The notes under the pieces: generated by a model
Told to the model about the DNA's origin: nothing
The model's input: only the letters and a program-made list of their open reading frames with translations
Databases searched by the model: none
Translations under genes and position numbers: made by a program
Shown: one piece after another, positions 38,230 to 50,199 of the stretch
Layout: each line of letters begins with the position of its first letter
Numbering within the stretch: position 1 is the first letter of the stretch
Assembly: GCF_006345805.1 (NCBI RefSeq)
Contig: NC_043002.1
Coordinates: 108,066,001 to 108,130,000 of the forward strand
Length of the DNA stretch: 64,000 bases
Direction: 5' to 3'
From: Octopus sinensis
Taxonomy: Eukaryota

Positions 38230-38704
38230 CGTTAGCTAAATATTTTAGCAATGTAATTAGTGACAAGATGCATTTTTATGAAAAAATGGTCTTTTAGATG
38301 ATGAAGAAGATATTGTCCTGTGTAATTGTTTTGGTGGAGAAATGAAGGAAGCTTGAAGAAAAGGGGAAAACGGTGAAATTCTGCTAACTTTCTGTTGCAA
38401 AACTCACAGCTGCCAAACTTGTGTGATCTACACGCTTATTTTTCCACCACATTTCTTAAAAATCGTGGTAGAGGCCTTGGTCTTGGAACCACTCATATCT
38501 AGAAACAGGTTGGAGGTAAGCAAGGACATGCACCCCGTAGAAAATTCAGCTCCAAAAAAGCCTCATGATAGCAGAGGAGAATGGGCACTGGCCAGCCCAA
38601 AGGTTGGGGTGGGCTGCACCTGCCTACCTCGGTTGCTATGGCATTGAGGTAGATCAGCCACCTTCGTTAATGGAGACAAAACCTGGATTTAAAACACTGG
38701 ATTG

Positions 38705-39230
38705 ATGATGATAATAATAATGAAATTATTGTATACAGTGCTCAGGTGCACCACAACTTGTCAAAAGTGCGTATAAAGCATATGCAGTAATGTACAAATG
38801 TCTGGGAAGTGAACAGTGGGCAAGTGCCTTCTGCTATAACCCCGGGCCGACCAATGCCTTGTGAGTGGATTTGGTAGGCGGAAACTGAAAGAAGCCTGTC
38901 GTATATATGTATATATATATATGTGTATGTGTTTGTGTGTCTGTGTTTGTCCCCCTAGAATTGCTTGACAACCGATGCTGGTGTGTTTACGTCCCCGTCA
39001 CTTAGCGGTTTGGCAAAAGAGACCGATAGGATAAGTACTGGGCTTACAAAGAATAAGTCCCAGGGTCGATTTGCTCGACTAAAGGCGGTGCTCCAGCATG
39101 GCCGCAGTCAAATGACTGAAACAAGTAAAAGAGTAAAAGAGTGTACGAGTCGGTTACATGCTTGCGTGTGTATGGAGGGGAAAAAAAATCAGGTGTAGTG
39201 ATGGCGAATCTCAGAAACCATGGAAGTTTT
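38705..39230 (-). mobile_element. 3' end of the same CR1-group LINE, interrupted by a SINE
   Basis: Matches 20560-20750 (gaaattattgtatacagtgctcaggtgcaccacaacttgtca...). SINE family B inserted at about 38817-39141. Confidence 0.8.
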
Positions 39231-39530
39231 GATGAATCCTGGTTTCTTATTATTCAAGGCATAAATGAAACATGGTTTTATTAGTATTAAAATAGAAAAA
39301 AGTTTGATAAAATACATTTACAATGCTAAGTATGTACAACAGAATTTATTTTAAAAATTTAGAAATTGAGAAGTAAACTAAAATGTAACGTAATTTCTCT
39401 TTGAATCGTAGATAACATGCGAAAGTAAGAATGTAAGGGAGATAATTGCGTTTGTATAGGCAATATGCTAAGTCGATGATTTATGTCCCTTTACGTAAAG
39501 AAATACTTGCTGTAACCAATTTATAATATA

Positions 39531-39896
39531 CTAGCAGTATCGCCCGGCGTTGCTCGGATTTGTAAGGGCAATAACTATATAAGCATTTTTAGAGAGTTAT
39601 AGCCAAATAATAGCAAAAAAATGCATTAAAAATGGGAAAAAAATTACGGTAAATTTTTTTTTAAATCGTTGACTCATCGTAGACATTTTTAGAGAGTTAC
39701 TTCCCTTATATAATAGCGAAAAAATGCATTAAAATGGAAAAAAATGATGGTAAATTTTTTTTTAAATCGTAGACCCATCGTAGACGCGCACTAATACCCA
39801 GAAGGGCTCGATATGAATCACGACTATAAGATACCCGGTTTTGGTTAAACTGCATCGTAGGAGACAGACACACAACTTCACTTTTATATATAAAGA
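39531..39896 (-). mobile_element. Non-autonomous Helitron, second copy
   Basis: Reverse complement of the 25215 element with a small internal deletion; same termini. Confidence 0.85.
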
Positions 39897-40049
39897 TTTT
39901 AAACTTAACTTAACGTCGATTACACACAAACTCAAAAACATTTGCGTATTTTCTTTGTTGTAAACATCCACTATTTTAAAACTGAAGATTTGTCTAATAA
40001 TAATGTGTTCTCTTTTTGAGAACACATTATTATTAGACGCGCTCAAATG

Positions 40050-41716
40050 GTGTTTTTTTACATCCCACCTGCGCAGGAGTCAGTCCAGCAGCACTGGCAA
40101 AGACTTCACTTAAATGTTTTTTTCATGTGCCACCGGCACAAGTGCCAGTAAGGCGATGCTGGTAACGATCACGCTCGAATGGTGGTTTTTACGTGCCACC
40201 GGCACGGAAGTCATTTGGCTGCTCTGGCAACGATCACGCTCGGATGGTGCTCTTAGTGCTCCACTAGCACGGATGCCAGTCATCGAATTTGATTTCGATT
40301 TCACTTGCCTCAACAGGTCTTCACAAGCAGAGTTTAGTGTCCAATGAAGGAAAGGTACGCATAAGTGGGCTGGTTACACTCCTGGCATAGGCCACAATGT
40401 TACGGTCTCACTTGGTTTGCTGGGTCTTCTCAAGCACACCATATTTCCAAAGGTCTCGGTCACTAGTCATCACCTCGGTGAAGCCTAGTGTTCGAAGGTC
40501 GTGCTGCATCACCTCATCCCAGGTCTTCCTAAATTTATCTCTTCCACAGGTTCTCTCACCCGCTAGGGTGTGGCACTTTGTCGCACAGCTATCCTCATCC
40601 ATTCTCACCACATGACTATACCAGTGCAGCCGTCTCTCTTGCACACCACTTCTGATGTTTCTTAGGTCCATCTTTTCTCTCAAGATACTTACACTCTGTC
40701 GAGTATGCACACTGACATTACACATCCATCGGATCGTACTGGCTTCATTCCTTGCGAGCTTACACGTCCTCAGTTGTCAAGGCCCATGTTTCACTGCCAT
40801 GTGGCATGGCTATTCGAACATATGCGTCATACAGTCTACCTTTTACTCTGAGCGAGAGGCCCTTTGTCACCAGCAGAGGTAAGAGCTCTCTGAACTTTAT
40901 CCAGGCTATTCTTATTCTAGCAGCTACACTTTCAGTGCACCCTCCCCTGCTACTGACTTGGTCACCTAGGTAACGGTAGCTATCAAATACTTCTAGTTTT
41001 TCTCCCTGAAATGTGGTGGAAGTTGTTCTCTGCACATTTTCAGTGTTTATTGCTCCTGAGCATCTGCCACATGCAAAAACTATCTTCCCAGTTAGCTTTC
41101 CTTTGATATTGTTGCACCTCTTATGTGTCCATGCTTACATTGGGTACATTTTATTACGCCTTTTCTACAGATTGAGCAGGGCCATCTACCTGAAGGGATT
41201 TGTGGTTTGCCTGCCTTCCTACTTATTAGGACTTTGGTTTTAGCTACGTTGACTCTAAGGGCCTTTCGATTCTAATCCTTGTTTCCACACCTGAAACTTC
41301 TCCTCTAGTTCTGATAGTGACTCAGCAATTAGAGCAAGGTCATCAGCATAGAGGAGCTCCAAGGGGCATCCTGTCTTGAATTCCTCTGTTATTGCCTGGA
41401 GGACTATGATAAATAGGAAGGGACTGAACCTTGGTGGACCCCTACCTCCACCCGAAATTCTTCACTGTACTCATTGCCAACCCTCGCCTTACTAACAGCA
41501 TCCCTGTATATGGCTTGCACAGCTCTCACTAACCATTCATCTATCCCTAGTTTCCACATTGACCACCAGATAAGGGATCAGGGGACTCTGTCAAAGGATT
41601 TCTCCATGTCAATGAAAGCCAGGTACAAAGGTTTATCTTTGGTTAGGTATTTCTCCTGCAGCTGTCTTACCAGAAATATAGCATCAGTGGTGCTTCTCCC
41701 TGACATGAACCCAAAA
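40050..41716 (-). mobile_element. 5'-truncated, degraded RTE-clade LINE (RT C-terminal half plus 3' UTR)
   Basis: Minus-strand translation GFMSGRSTTDAIFLVRQLQEKY...LAFIDMEKSFDRVP...GVHQG...LLYADDLALIAES...YLGD...ARIRIAW...GSETW...RRLHWYSHVVRM, with stops and frameshifts. Confidence 0.9.
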
Positions 41717-41753
41717 ATGTCCTAATTTATTTCTTTTATATTTTAAATAATAG

Positions 41754-41834
41754 GCAGCTTCAAGAGAAGTCACGCCAGTTGTTGGATTTGGTGGAGATAT
41801 CAATTTGAACTCTTTGCACATAAATTCAAATGAA
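41754..41834 (+). CDS. NUDT8: NUDT8-like coding exon 3
   Basis: TAG acceptor at 41751-53. 81-nt phase-0 exon AASREVTPVVGFGGDINLNSLHINSNE (VTPVVG...NxxEV motif). Donor GTAAGC at 41835. Not present in the ORF track. Confidence 0.88.
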
Positions 41835-41980
41835 GTAAGCCGCTTTTAAAACATTTTTAGTATTTTCTTTACTTGATTGTATTTCTTAGAATATTGTCTT
41901 TGTTAAGGTCAAGCAGTTTCTATATTTTGATTTGTTCCTGTCATTCTCCATCTTTTACTGTAATCAATATAAAAAATAAT

Positions 41981-42251
41981 GATAAATCTCAGAGCGAGTT
42001 ATAAACAGTAGCGGTAACACATCGTGACGCATATTTGCCATTTGAATCTGGCTAACCCATAAGGGTGGATGCTACTGTAGTTTGTAGCCCCAGGAAGATA
42101 TCTCCTCCAGCTGGCTATAGACACACTGTGAGAGGACACAGATAGTGTGTCTATAGCCAGCTGGAGGAGATATCTTCCTGGGGCTACAAACTACAGTAGC
42201 ATCCACCCTTATGGGTTAGCCAGATTCAAATGGCAAATATGCATCACGTCA
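41981..42251. mobile_element. Palindromic insertion (105-bp arms) with 16-bp TSD
   Basis: Arms 42023-42127 and 42144-42248 differ at one base; 16-nt loop. Direct repeat CAATATAAAAAATAAT at 41965-41980 and 42252-42267. Confidence 0.85.
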
Positions 42252-42539
42252 CAATATAAAAAATAATTTATTAGAAAATATTTAAAATTGTTAGAAAATA
42301 ACTTACTGAAAAATACACATTTTTAAAATGAAATTTGTAGAGATAGATTTTGCAAGAGAGTGATATGATTATTTTGGTAAAATTTAGGAAAATAACATAT
42401 ATTTAATGCACATATACAAATGAGATGAAATTCGTTTTAATCTTAAGGTAATAAAAATTTTTCTTTTGGGAATTAGCATTCATTTCATCATTTTGTATAA
42501 GCACTTAGATAAAAGTTAATTATAATTATTGTATGTATG

Positions 42540-42930
42540 TCATCATTATCATCATCATCGTTTAACGTCCGTTTTCCATGCTGGCATGGGTTGGATGGTT
42601 TGACTGGGGTCAGGCAAGCCAGGAGGCCGCAACAGGCTCCAATCTTATCTGGCAGAGTTTCTACAGCTGGATGCCCTTCCTAACACCAACCACCAGAAGA
42701 GTGTAGTGGGTGCTTTTTATGTGCCACACGCACAGGAGCCAGATGGGGCAAGAGGGCTGGCATCAACCACATTCAGATGGTGCATTTTATGTGCCACTGG
42801 CAAGGGAGCCAGTCAAGTGGCGATGGCATTGACCATGTTCAGATGATGCTTTTTACATGCCACCAGCACAGGAGCCAGTCGAGGTGAGGGGGCTGGCATC
42901 GACCACATTTGGATGGTGCTTTTTACATGC
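42540..42930 (-). mobile_element. RTE LINE 3'-end fragment
   Basis: (CAT)n on +, same subrepeats. Confidence 0.8.
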
Positions 42931-43140
42931 ATTGTGGTCTGATTTGATTGTGGTCTGATTTGACTTGATATTACCCATGGTGATAAAAAAAATACAAAGT
43001 TACCTGTCATATGATTGGTAACACACTAGTGTTGATAGGAAAACCACTGAATCATTTTTTTCAAAAAAATCTGTAACTTTTAATAAAGAAACGAATTCAA
43101 AGATCTTTTATTTTGGTGTCTTTTTTTTCTTCTTCTTCAG

Positions 43141-43365
43141 GTAGAAAAGGTGTTCTTCACAACAATCAAAGATTTGTGTGACCCCAACAACCAGCAAACG
43201 ACCCAATTTAGAACTGGTCATGGTTACACATTACCAGTATATTTATCTAGTCCTCGAATTTGGGGATTAACAGCTGTGATGATTCACCAGTTTCTAACAG
43301 TCCTAGCACCACATTTATATAATTTTAAAATTAAGCATCAAAGATCTATACAAAAAATAAAATAA
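43141..43365 (+). CDS. NUDT8: NUDT8-like final coding exon
   Basis: ttcttcttcAG acceptor at 43139-40. VEKVFFTTIKDLCDPNNQQTTQFRTGHGYTLPVYLSSPRIWGLTAVMIHQFLTVLAPHLY...stop. YTLPV and IWGLTA...LAP match the NUDT8 C-terminus. Four exons total 885 nt = 294 aa. Confidence 0.92.
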   Translation, partial: VEKVFFTTIKDLCDPNNQQTTQFRTGHGYTLPVYLSSPRIWGLTAVMIHQFLTVLAPHLYNFKIKHQRSIQKIK

Positions 43366-43478
43366 CATGATTAGCCATAATTAATTAACATGTATCAATC
43401 GATTTCTAGGTTATGAAGTTTTCAGGGAAGATAGCTTTGATATTTAATTTTTTAAAGTTCATTTCTGTAGAGCTTAAT

Positions 43479-43734
43479 CAGTGGCTCAACCATTTTTTTA
43501 CCAATGGACCCTTTTGATCCCTATTTAACTCAACTGGACTTCCATAATCGTTTGATGTATATATTTAAAAAAAATCTTACTTTATTTTTATAATTAAAGA
43601 TTATTAGGAATTGTACAAAAAAAAAAATTAATATTTTGTTTTGTAGAAGTATCACCAGTTCATTGCATGTAAAATTTTAACGAAATCTTATGCGGACCCT
43701 TAAGGTTCATAGAGACCCTAATTGAGTGCCTCTG
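43479..43734. mobile_element. Degenerate hAT MITE just 3' of the NUDT8 stop
   Basis: CAGTGGCTCAACC...ATGGACCC start similar to the 33811 element; degenerate end and TSD. Confidence 0.55.
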
Positions 43735-44424
43735 AGTTTGATGAGTTTAGTAAATCTGAAAATTGAATTATTTACACCAAGTGTGTCCGTGACCTGTTTC
43801 TATGACAAGTAACAAGATAGGGAGCTGGTCCAGAAACTTTCAACAGATTTGGGAGCAGTTTTCCCCTTAAAAGCATCTTTTTCCTTGGTTTTGGTTGTAA
43901 ATTCTTCTCACGCACATACACCCCCCCCCCAGTTCTTGCAGTAACTATGTATTGTTGCTTCACATCAGATCAGCCCTATTATTAAAGAATTCCAATCATG
44001 ACCATCCTGTATTTTATTTATTTATTTTTAAGACAAACATTTTGTAGAACTACATTGTCTCCAAGGGGCCAGTACCCCCCCCCCCTTTTTTTGTTTCATG
44101 AAAGTTTGGTGTGATTTTGTGTGAAACATTGGAAAATGTGGTACTGGATACACTTTGCCAGAAAAACAAAACAAAAGAGGCAAGTTGGTCGTGGCTGGAA
44201 TGCCTTTGATTATAGGTGTGTTCAATCGAGACTGACCTGGAGTTAAACAACATCATTGCAAGTTCTTTTTTTCTTTTCCATTTATTTTTGTGTTTTGTTT
44301 GTGATCATCATCATCATCATCATCGTGTGATCACTGAGTTAATTCCTTGAATGAAAACCTGGTAAATTTGCAGGAATTTGGCTCACCCATTCTTTACTTT
44401 GAACACTTTTGTCAGAAGCCGCCC

Positions 44425-44642
44425 TCCTTTACTCTTTTACTTGTTTCAGTCATTTGACTGTGGCCATGCTGGAGCACTGCCTTTAATCGAGCAACTCGAC
44501 CCCGGGACTTATTCTTTGTAAGCCCAGTACTTATTCTATCGGTCTCTTTTTGCCGAACCGCTAAGTGACGGGGACATAAACACACCAGCATCGGTTGTCA
44601 AGCAATGCTAGGGGGACAAACACAGACACACAAACACACACA

Positions 44643-44688
<46 letters not shown>

Positions 44689-45028
44689 TACGACGGGCTT
44701 CTTTCAGTTTCCGTCTACCAAATCCACTCACAAGGCTTTGGTCGGCCCGAGGCTATAGTAGAAGACACTTGCCCAAGGTGCCACGCAGTGGGACTGAACC
44801 CGGAACCATGTGGTTCGTAAGCAAGCTACTTACCACACAGCCACTCCTACGCATATATATATACGACGGGCTTCTTTCAGTTTCCGTCAACCAAATCCAC
44901 TCACAAGGCTTTGGTCGGCCCGAGGCTATACTAGAAGACACTTGCCCAAGGTGCTACGCAGTGGGACTGAACCCGGAACCATGTGGTTGGTAAGCAAGCT
45001 ACTTACCATAGAGCCACTCCTACGCCTA
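44425..45028 (-). mobile_element. SINE family B with duplicated 5' half
   Basis: Head segment repeated at 44690-44852 and 44862-45028. Confidence 0.88.
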
Positions 45029-45055
45029 AAAACAATCATAATATTAGAATTGCTT

Positions 45056-45515
45056 TCCTTCTTGGGACACAAAACCCTATTTGTGAAGACCTGTTGAGGC
45101 AAGTGAAAATCAAAAAATCAAAATCGATCAACATGAATGGAAATTGTAGCCGTGATACCAGTGCTGGTGGCACATAAAAGAACCATCCGAATGTGGCCGT
45201 TGCCAGTGCCGCCCTGACTGGGCACCATCCGATCGTGGCCGTTGCCAGCCTCGCCTGGCCTCCATGCCGGTGGCACGTAAAAAGCACCATCCGATCGTGG
45301 CCGTTTGCCAGCCCCGTCTGGCACCTGTGCCGGTGGCACATAAAAAGCACCCACTATACTCATGGAGTGGTTGGCGTTAGGAAGGGCATCCAGCCGTAGA
45401 AACATTGCCAGATCAGACTGGGCCTGGTGCAGCCTTCTGCCTTCCCAGACCCCAGTTGCACCGTCCAACCCATGCCAGCATGGAAAGCGGACGCTAAACG
45501 ACGATGATGATGATG
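45056..45515 (+). mobile_element. RTE LINE 3'-end fragment
   Basis: Start matches the reverse complement of 40280-40345; ends in (GAT)n. Confidence 0.85.
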
Positions 45516-45896
45516 AAATCCAAGGTGAAAATACAAGAGTAAATCTTTCCAATATCATCATCAGTAGTTTTTATCCCACCTTCATACACAGACACAAAAC
45601 GAAGGTAATTTTAGCTGGAGTTTTATTGCTATCTTGGTTTAGCTCTTATCAAGCAAACATGACCAAAGGCAATCCATTAGTGACCATTCCCACTTTTTTT
45701 TTTTTTTTTTTTGTATATAAACATCAGTTCAATGTCTCTTTCTAGAGGAGGCTCTATGCTTGACCTGCTAAAAACAGCTGGCAAATCTCCCTAAAATCAG
45801 TCTTAGCAGTCGTTGTTTAACCCTAGGTTAGGCTTGATCAGGACCTATGATCAAAAAGTATTCAAGCAGTGACAATCTCATGTTTTTGTATATAGT

Positions 45897-46308
45897 CTTT
45901 TTTACTCTTTTACTTGTTTCAGTCATTTGACTGCGGCCATGCTGGAGCACCGCCTTTAGTCGAACAAATCGACCCCGGGACTTATTCTTTCTAAGCCCAG
46001 TTCTTATTCTATCGGTCTCTTTTGCCAAACCGCTAAGTGACGGGGACGTAAACACACCAGCATCGGTTGTCAAGCAATGCTAGGGGGACAAACATAGACA
46101 CACAAACATATACACACACACTTATATATATATACATGTATACGACAGGCTTCTTTCAGTTTCCGTCTACCAAATCCATTCACAAGGCATTGGTCGGCCC
46201 GGGGCTATAGCAGAAGACACTTGCCCAAGGTGCCACGCAGTGGGACTGAACCCGGAACCATGTGGTTAGTTAGCAAGCTACTTACCACACAGCCACTCCT
46301 GCGCCTAT
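45897..46308 (-). mobile_element. SINE family B
   Basis: Full-length copy. Confidence 0.9.
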
Positions 46309-47968
46309 AATATCATTATTATTATTTAGTAGTAATGACAACCCTGCACTTTGAAACAGGCAGCATGAGATTAATTAACTCAATACTCGTCAGCATGAAC
46401 GGAAAGTATAACACAATGGATGTCCATGGAGTGATTTTAAAAAACATGTCATGACCAAATGGCTTCAAATTTAAAAACAAAAGTTATGAAAATAAAAACC
46501 CAAACAGGGTCTCGCATATATATTTGATATTTTAATGATACAGATATAGAAAATAACATATTTCATCAAAAGTCATTAAAACAATTGTTGTTGGTGTGGA
46601 AAAGTCATTCAAACTCAACAGATTGTCTTTTTTTTTTATATATATATATATTTTTTTTTCTTTTGTTATTTTTATAAATGTTCTGAAAAAATGTTCCGAT
46701 TAAAGAAAGTAGATCATCTCATTTTATAAATGAAGAAACCAAACAAGCTCGACATGGGATCTGTTTCTACTTACACCATATTTTCCTGTCGCGCTTCAAC
46801 ATAAGATGCCCATAGGCATATACACACAAATACAATATTTCAATATTTCCATTGAAATAAAACTTGAAAATAAATTACAGAATGGATATTAAAAGTTTCT
46901 GTCTGTTGAAATAGCTGTCTTTATTTTATAAAGAATAAAAAAATTAAAATCTCAACAAATTTAGATTTTTTTTTTTTTTTTTTTTGGTCATGTCCAAAAA
47001 GTAATTCTTTGATTGAAAAAGAATTTTTAAATTGTCACAACCTTGTTTTGGAAAAGGTTGTTGAAAATGTTGTCTTCATTTGGTCTTTGATGTTTAGTTA
47101 ACGTGATCAACGGACTGATTGATTTATTGTTGTCATCATTGGTTCATTTTTCTATTAAAACCATTATGTCTTTGGAAAAACCATATTACATTCCTTGCCT
47201 TAAGGCTATGTATTTTGTAGGGAGGCATATGGGAAATTTCAAGTTGACCCTCATACCTGAGTGGTACTTTATTTTATTGGTCCCCAGAAGAAAGAGAGAT
47301 AAAGTCAACCAAGGTAGAATTAAAACTGTTACCAAGTTATCATGTGAACTTAACATATTTAAAAAAAAGATTTGCTTTTAATCTGCTTCATGTTACAGAA
47401 ACAAAAACTGGGATAAGGGTTCAATCTCTGTCCAATTCATAGCTTAAACATAAAAAGGGGCCTAAGGGAATATATGGTGAGTCCTTGTAAAATATTATGA
47501 AGTTGGGATCAAAAACTAAAAGTCGGTGAATCTCTGTCCTTCAGTTTCTAAATTAGCTGTGATTGAGCAAACATGATCAAAGGTATTCCAACTATGACAA
47601 TCCCAAATTAGTGTATCTAAGATTATTTAACCATCAAAAGACAAAGTTAATCCTGGTGATCAAGAATACAACGAACAAGAGCTATCTCTACATGGTCACT
47701 CAATCTACAAGAAATAGCAGCCAAATTTCCCTTAATTCCTGTCCTGTAACATATTAAATAAAATGGTATTTAGAACTGAATTTCAGTAACATTGAATTTA
47801 TAATACCTGGCTAAAAGACAGGATGGTCATAGTACTACTTAAATCAAGACTGACCATGGGGCCAAACAACAACAAATTAAATACTGAAATTCACCTCATC
47901 ACTAACACTTTCTAATTTCTTTTGACTAATTAAAGAAAGATGTTAATTATTGTAAGGAAGAGTTTATA

Positions 47969-48197
47969 TATTTCTTTATTGCCCACAAGGGGCTAAAAAC
48001 AGAGAGGACAAACAAGGACAGACAAAGGGATTAAGTCGATTGCATTGACCCCAGAGCGTAACTGGTACTTAATTTATCGACCCCGAAAGGATGAAAGGCA
48101 AAGTCGACCTCGGCGAAATTTGAACTCAGAACGTAACGGCAGACAAAATACGGCTACGCATTTCGCCCGGCGTGCTAACGTCTCAGCCAGCTCGCCC
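47969..48197 (-). mobile_element. SINE family C
   Basis: Full-length copy. Confidence 0.85.
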
Positions 48198-48819
48198 GAA
48201 GAGTTTATAGTTTGTCATATCTATTGACTATATACCCGGTGCCTCTTTCATCAAACCCCCAAAAAGGAAAAATAAACCAAGCAGAGATATAGGCAAGATT
48301 TGAACTCAAAATATAGGACATCACTATTGTGAAATGTTTAAAGCAATAGCATTCTGGTTGTGTCTCTGTACTCCAAGGTCAACTTTGCTTCTCATCTTTT
48401 TAGGGTCTATGAAATAAAATATCAGCCCAAGATAATAAATTTGTTGAGCTGGTTCTTCATCAAATACAATGTCTTGTGGAACTGTTCTGGCTCTTTGATT
48501 CCCAAGTTCAAATTCTACCTGAGTGCTTATGGTCAGACCTCACCATAACTGACCAATACACACAGATACAACCAACATATGTGAAATGTGACTGAACTGA
48601 GCTGTACAATCAGTTAATCTCTTTGGTTCCTCCATCTCTACTTCTATGAAACACATTTGCAGGTTTTAAGCTGTTCATATTTAAACTCATCCATCATAAT
48701 TTAATGTAAGAACCTTTTTAAGTTACATTCCAAATAGGAGCCAAATAAAAAAATTTAGCTCTTTTACTAAATTCCTCCAAATTTTTAATTACTTTCATAT
48801 AAAAAAATAACCTTTCTAC

Positions 48820-49553
48820 TTTAAGCACACAGCCTAAAACTTCGGGTAAAATTCAGAATGAAAAGATGGATGAAATGCCACTAACCATTTTGTCGGTTCA
48901 CTGTCTAAATTTCATATAATAATAATAATAATAATAATAAATCCTTTCTACTATATGCACAAGGCCTGAAATTTTGGAGGAGGGTGTATGTTGATTACAT
49001 TGACCCAAGTATTTGACTGGTAATTATTTTATCAACCCTGAAAGGATGAAAGGTAAAATCAACCTTGATGGAATTTGAACTCAGAACGTAAAGATGGATA
49101 AAAATGCTGTTAAGCATTTTGCCAGGTCTCTGCCTTCAATGATAATAATAATAATAATAGTTTCAAATTCTGCCACAAAGGCAGCAATTTTGGGAGAGAG
49201 AATGAGTCGATTACATTGATCCCCCAGTATTTAACTGGTACTTATTTTATCAACCCTGAGTCGACCTCACCAGAATTTGAACTCAGAATGTAAAGATAGA
49301 CAAAATGCTGCTCAGCATTTCGCCTGGCGTGCTAACGATTCTGCCAGCTCTCCACCTTCAATAATAGTGACACTAATACTAATAATAACCTTTTCTACTA
49401 TAGGCACAAGGCCTGAAATTTTGGGGGAGGGGATCAGTTGATTACATCGACCCCAGTGCATAACTGGTACTTGATTTATCAACTCCAAACAGATGAAAGA
49501 CAAAGGTGACCCTGGCGGCATTTGAACTCAGAATGTGAAGACAGATGAAATAC
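48820..49553 (-). repeat. Cluster of SINE family C variants separated by (AAT)n
   Basis: Three to four same-orientation degenerate copies. Confidence 0.75.
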
Positions 49554-49741
49554 CTCATTATATGACTGGTATCTATTTTTATCAGCTTCAAAAAGATGAG
49601 CATGTTTTGCTGGGATTTGAACTTAGAATGTAACAAAATAAAACAAGACATTTTAATGTGATGCTCTACCAATTCTGCCAACCATCACAAATGTTATTTC
49701 CTAAATATCTTACTCTGGTCATTTTATACAATATATAACCT

Positions 49742-50199
49742 ACATTATTTACACATGATGGAAATTTGTCCTCATCTTGTTTGTTGTTAACACGTTTTGG
49801 CTGATGTACTCTCCAGCCCTCATCAGGCGTCCTAGGGAAATTTCAAACCTGGGTTCTCATTCCTAAAGTATTTTTCTGTCATCGTCGTCGTCATCTTCAT
49901 CATCATTATTATTATTATTATTATTCAGGTGTACTGCCTGGAATCAAACTTGGAATCTTGGGGTTAGTAGCCTGTGCACTTACTCCAAGATTCTGAGTTC
50001 AATTCCAGGCAGTGACCTGAATGATAATAACAACAACATTGGAAAAATACCTTAGGAGTGAGAACCCAGGTTCGAAATTTCCCCAAGACACCTGATGAAG
50101 GCTGGAAGGTATATCAGCCGAAATGTTGTGTTAACAACAAACAAGATGAAGATAAATATCCATCAAATGTAAATAATGTACATAATTCCTCATCTCTTA
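49742..50199. mobile_element. Head-to-head inverted dimer of a tRNA-headed, hammerhead-carrying small retroelement
   Basis: Arms 49742-49982 and 49983-50199 are reverse complements. 12-bp TSD AATATATAACCT at 49730-49741 and 50200-50211. Confidence 0.75.
50087..50132 (+). ncRNA. Minimal type-I hammerhead ribozyme motif (Penelope-like/retrozyme type)
   Basis: gacac-CTGATGA-a-ggctg(gaaggtatat)cagcc-GAAA-tg-TT-gtgtt. Stem I gacac/gtgtt, stem II ggctg/cagcc. GAAATGTT is probably CpG-decayed GAAACGTT. Degenerate inverted copy at 49789-49831. Confidence 0.65.

Noticed and set aside
45160-45360. Regularly spaced ~20-bp repeats (ggtggcacgtaaaaagcacc) resembling a CRISPR array
   Set aside because: Spacers are related to each other, the context is eukaryotic with no cas genes, and the repeats are part of an RTE 3' UTR.
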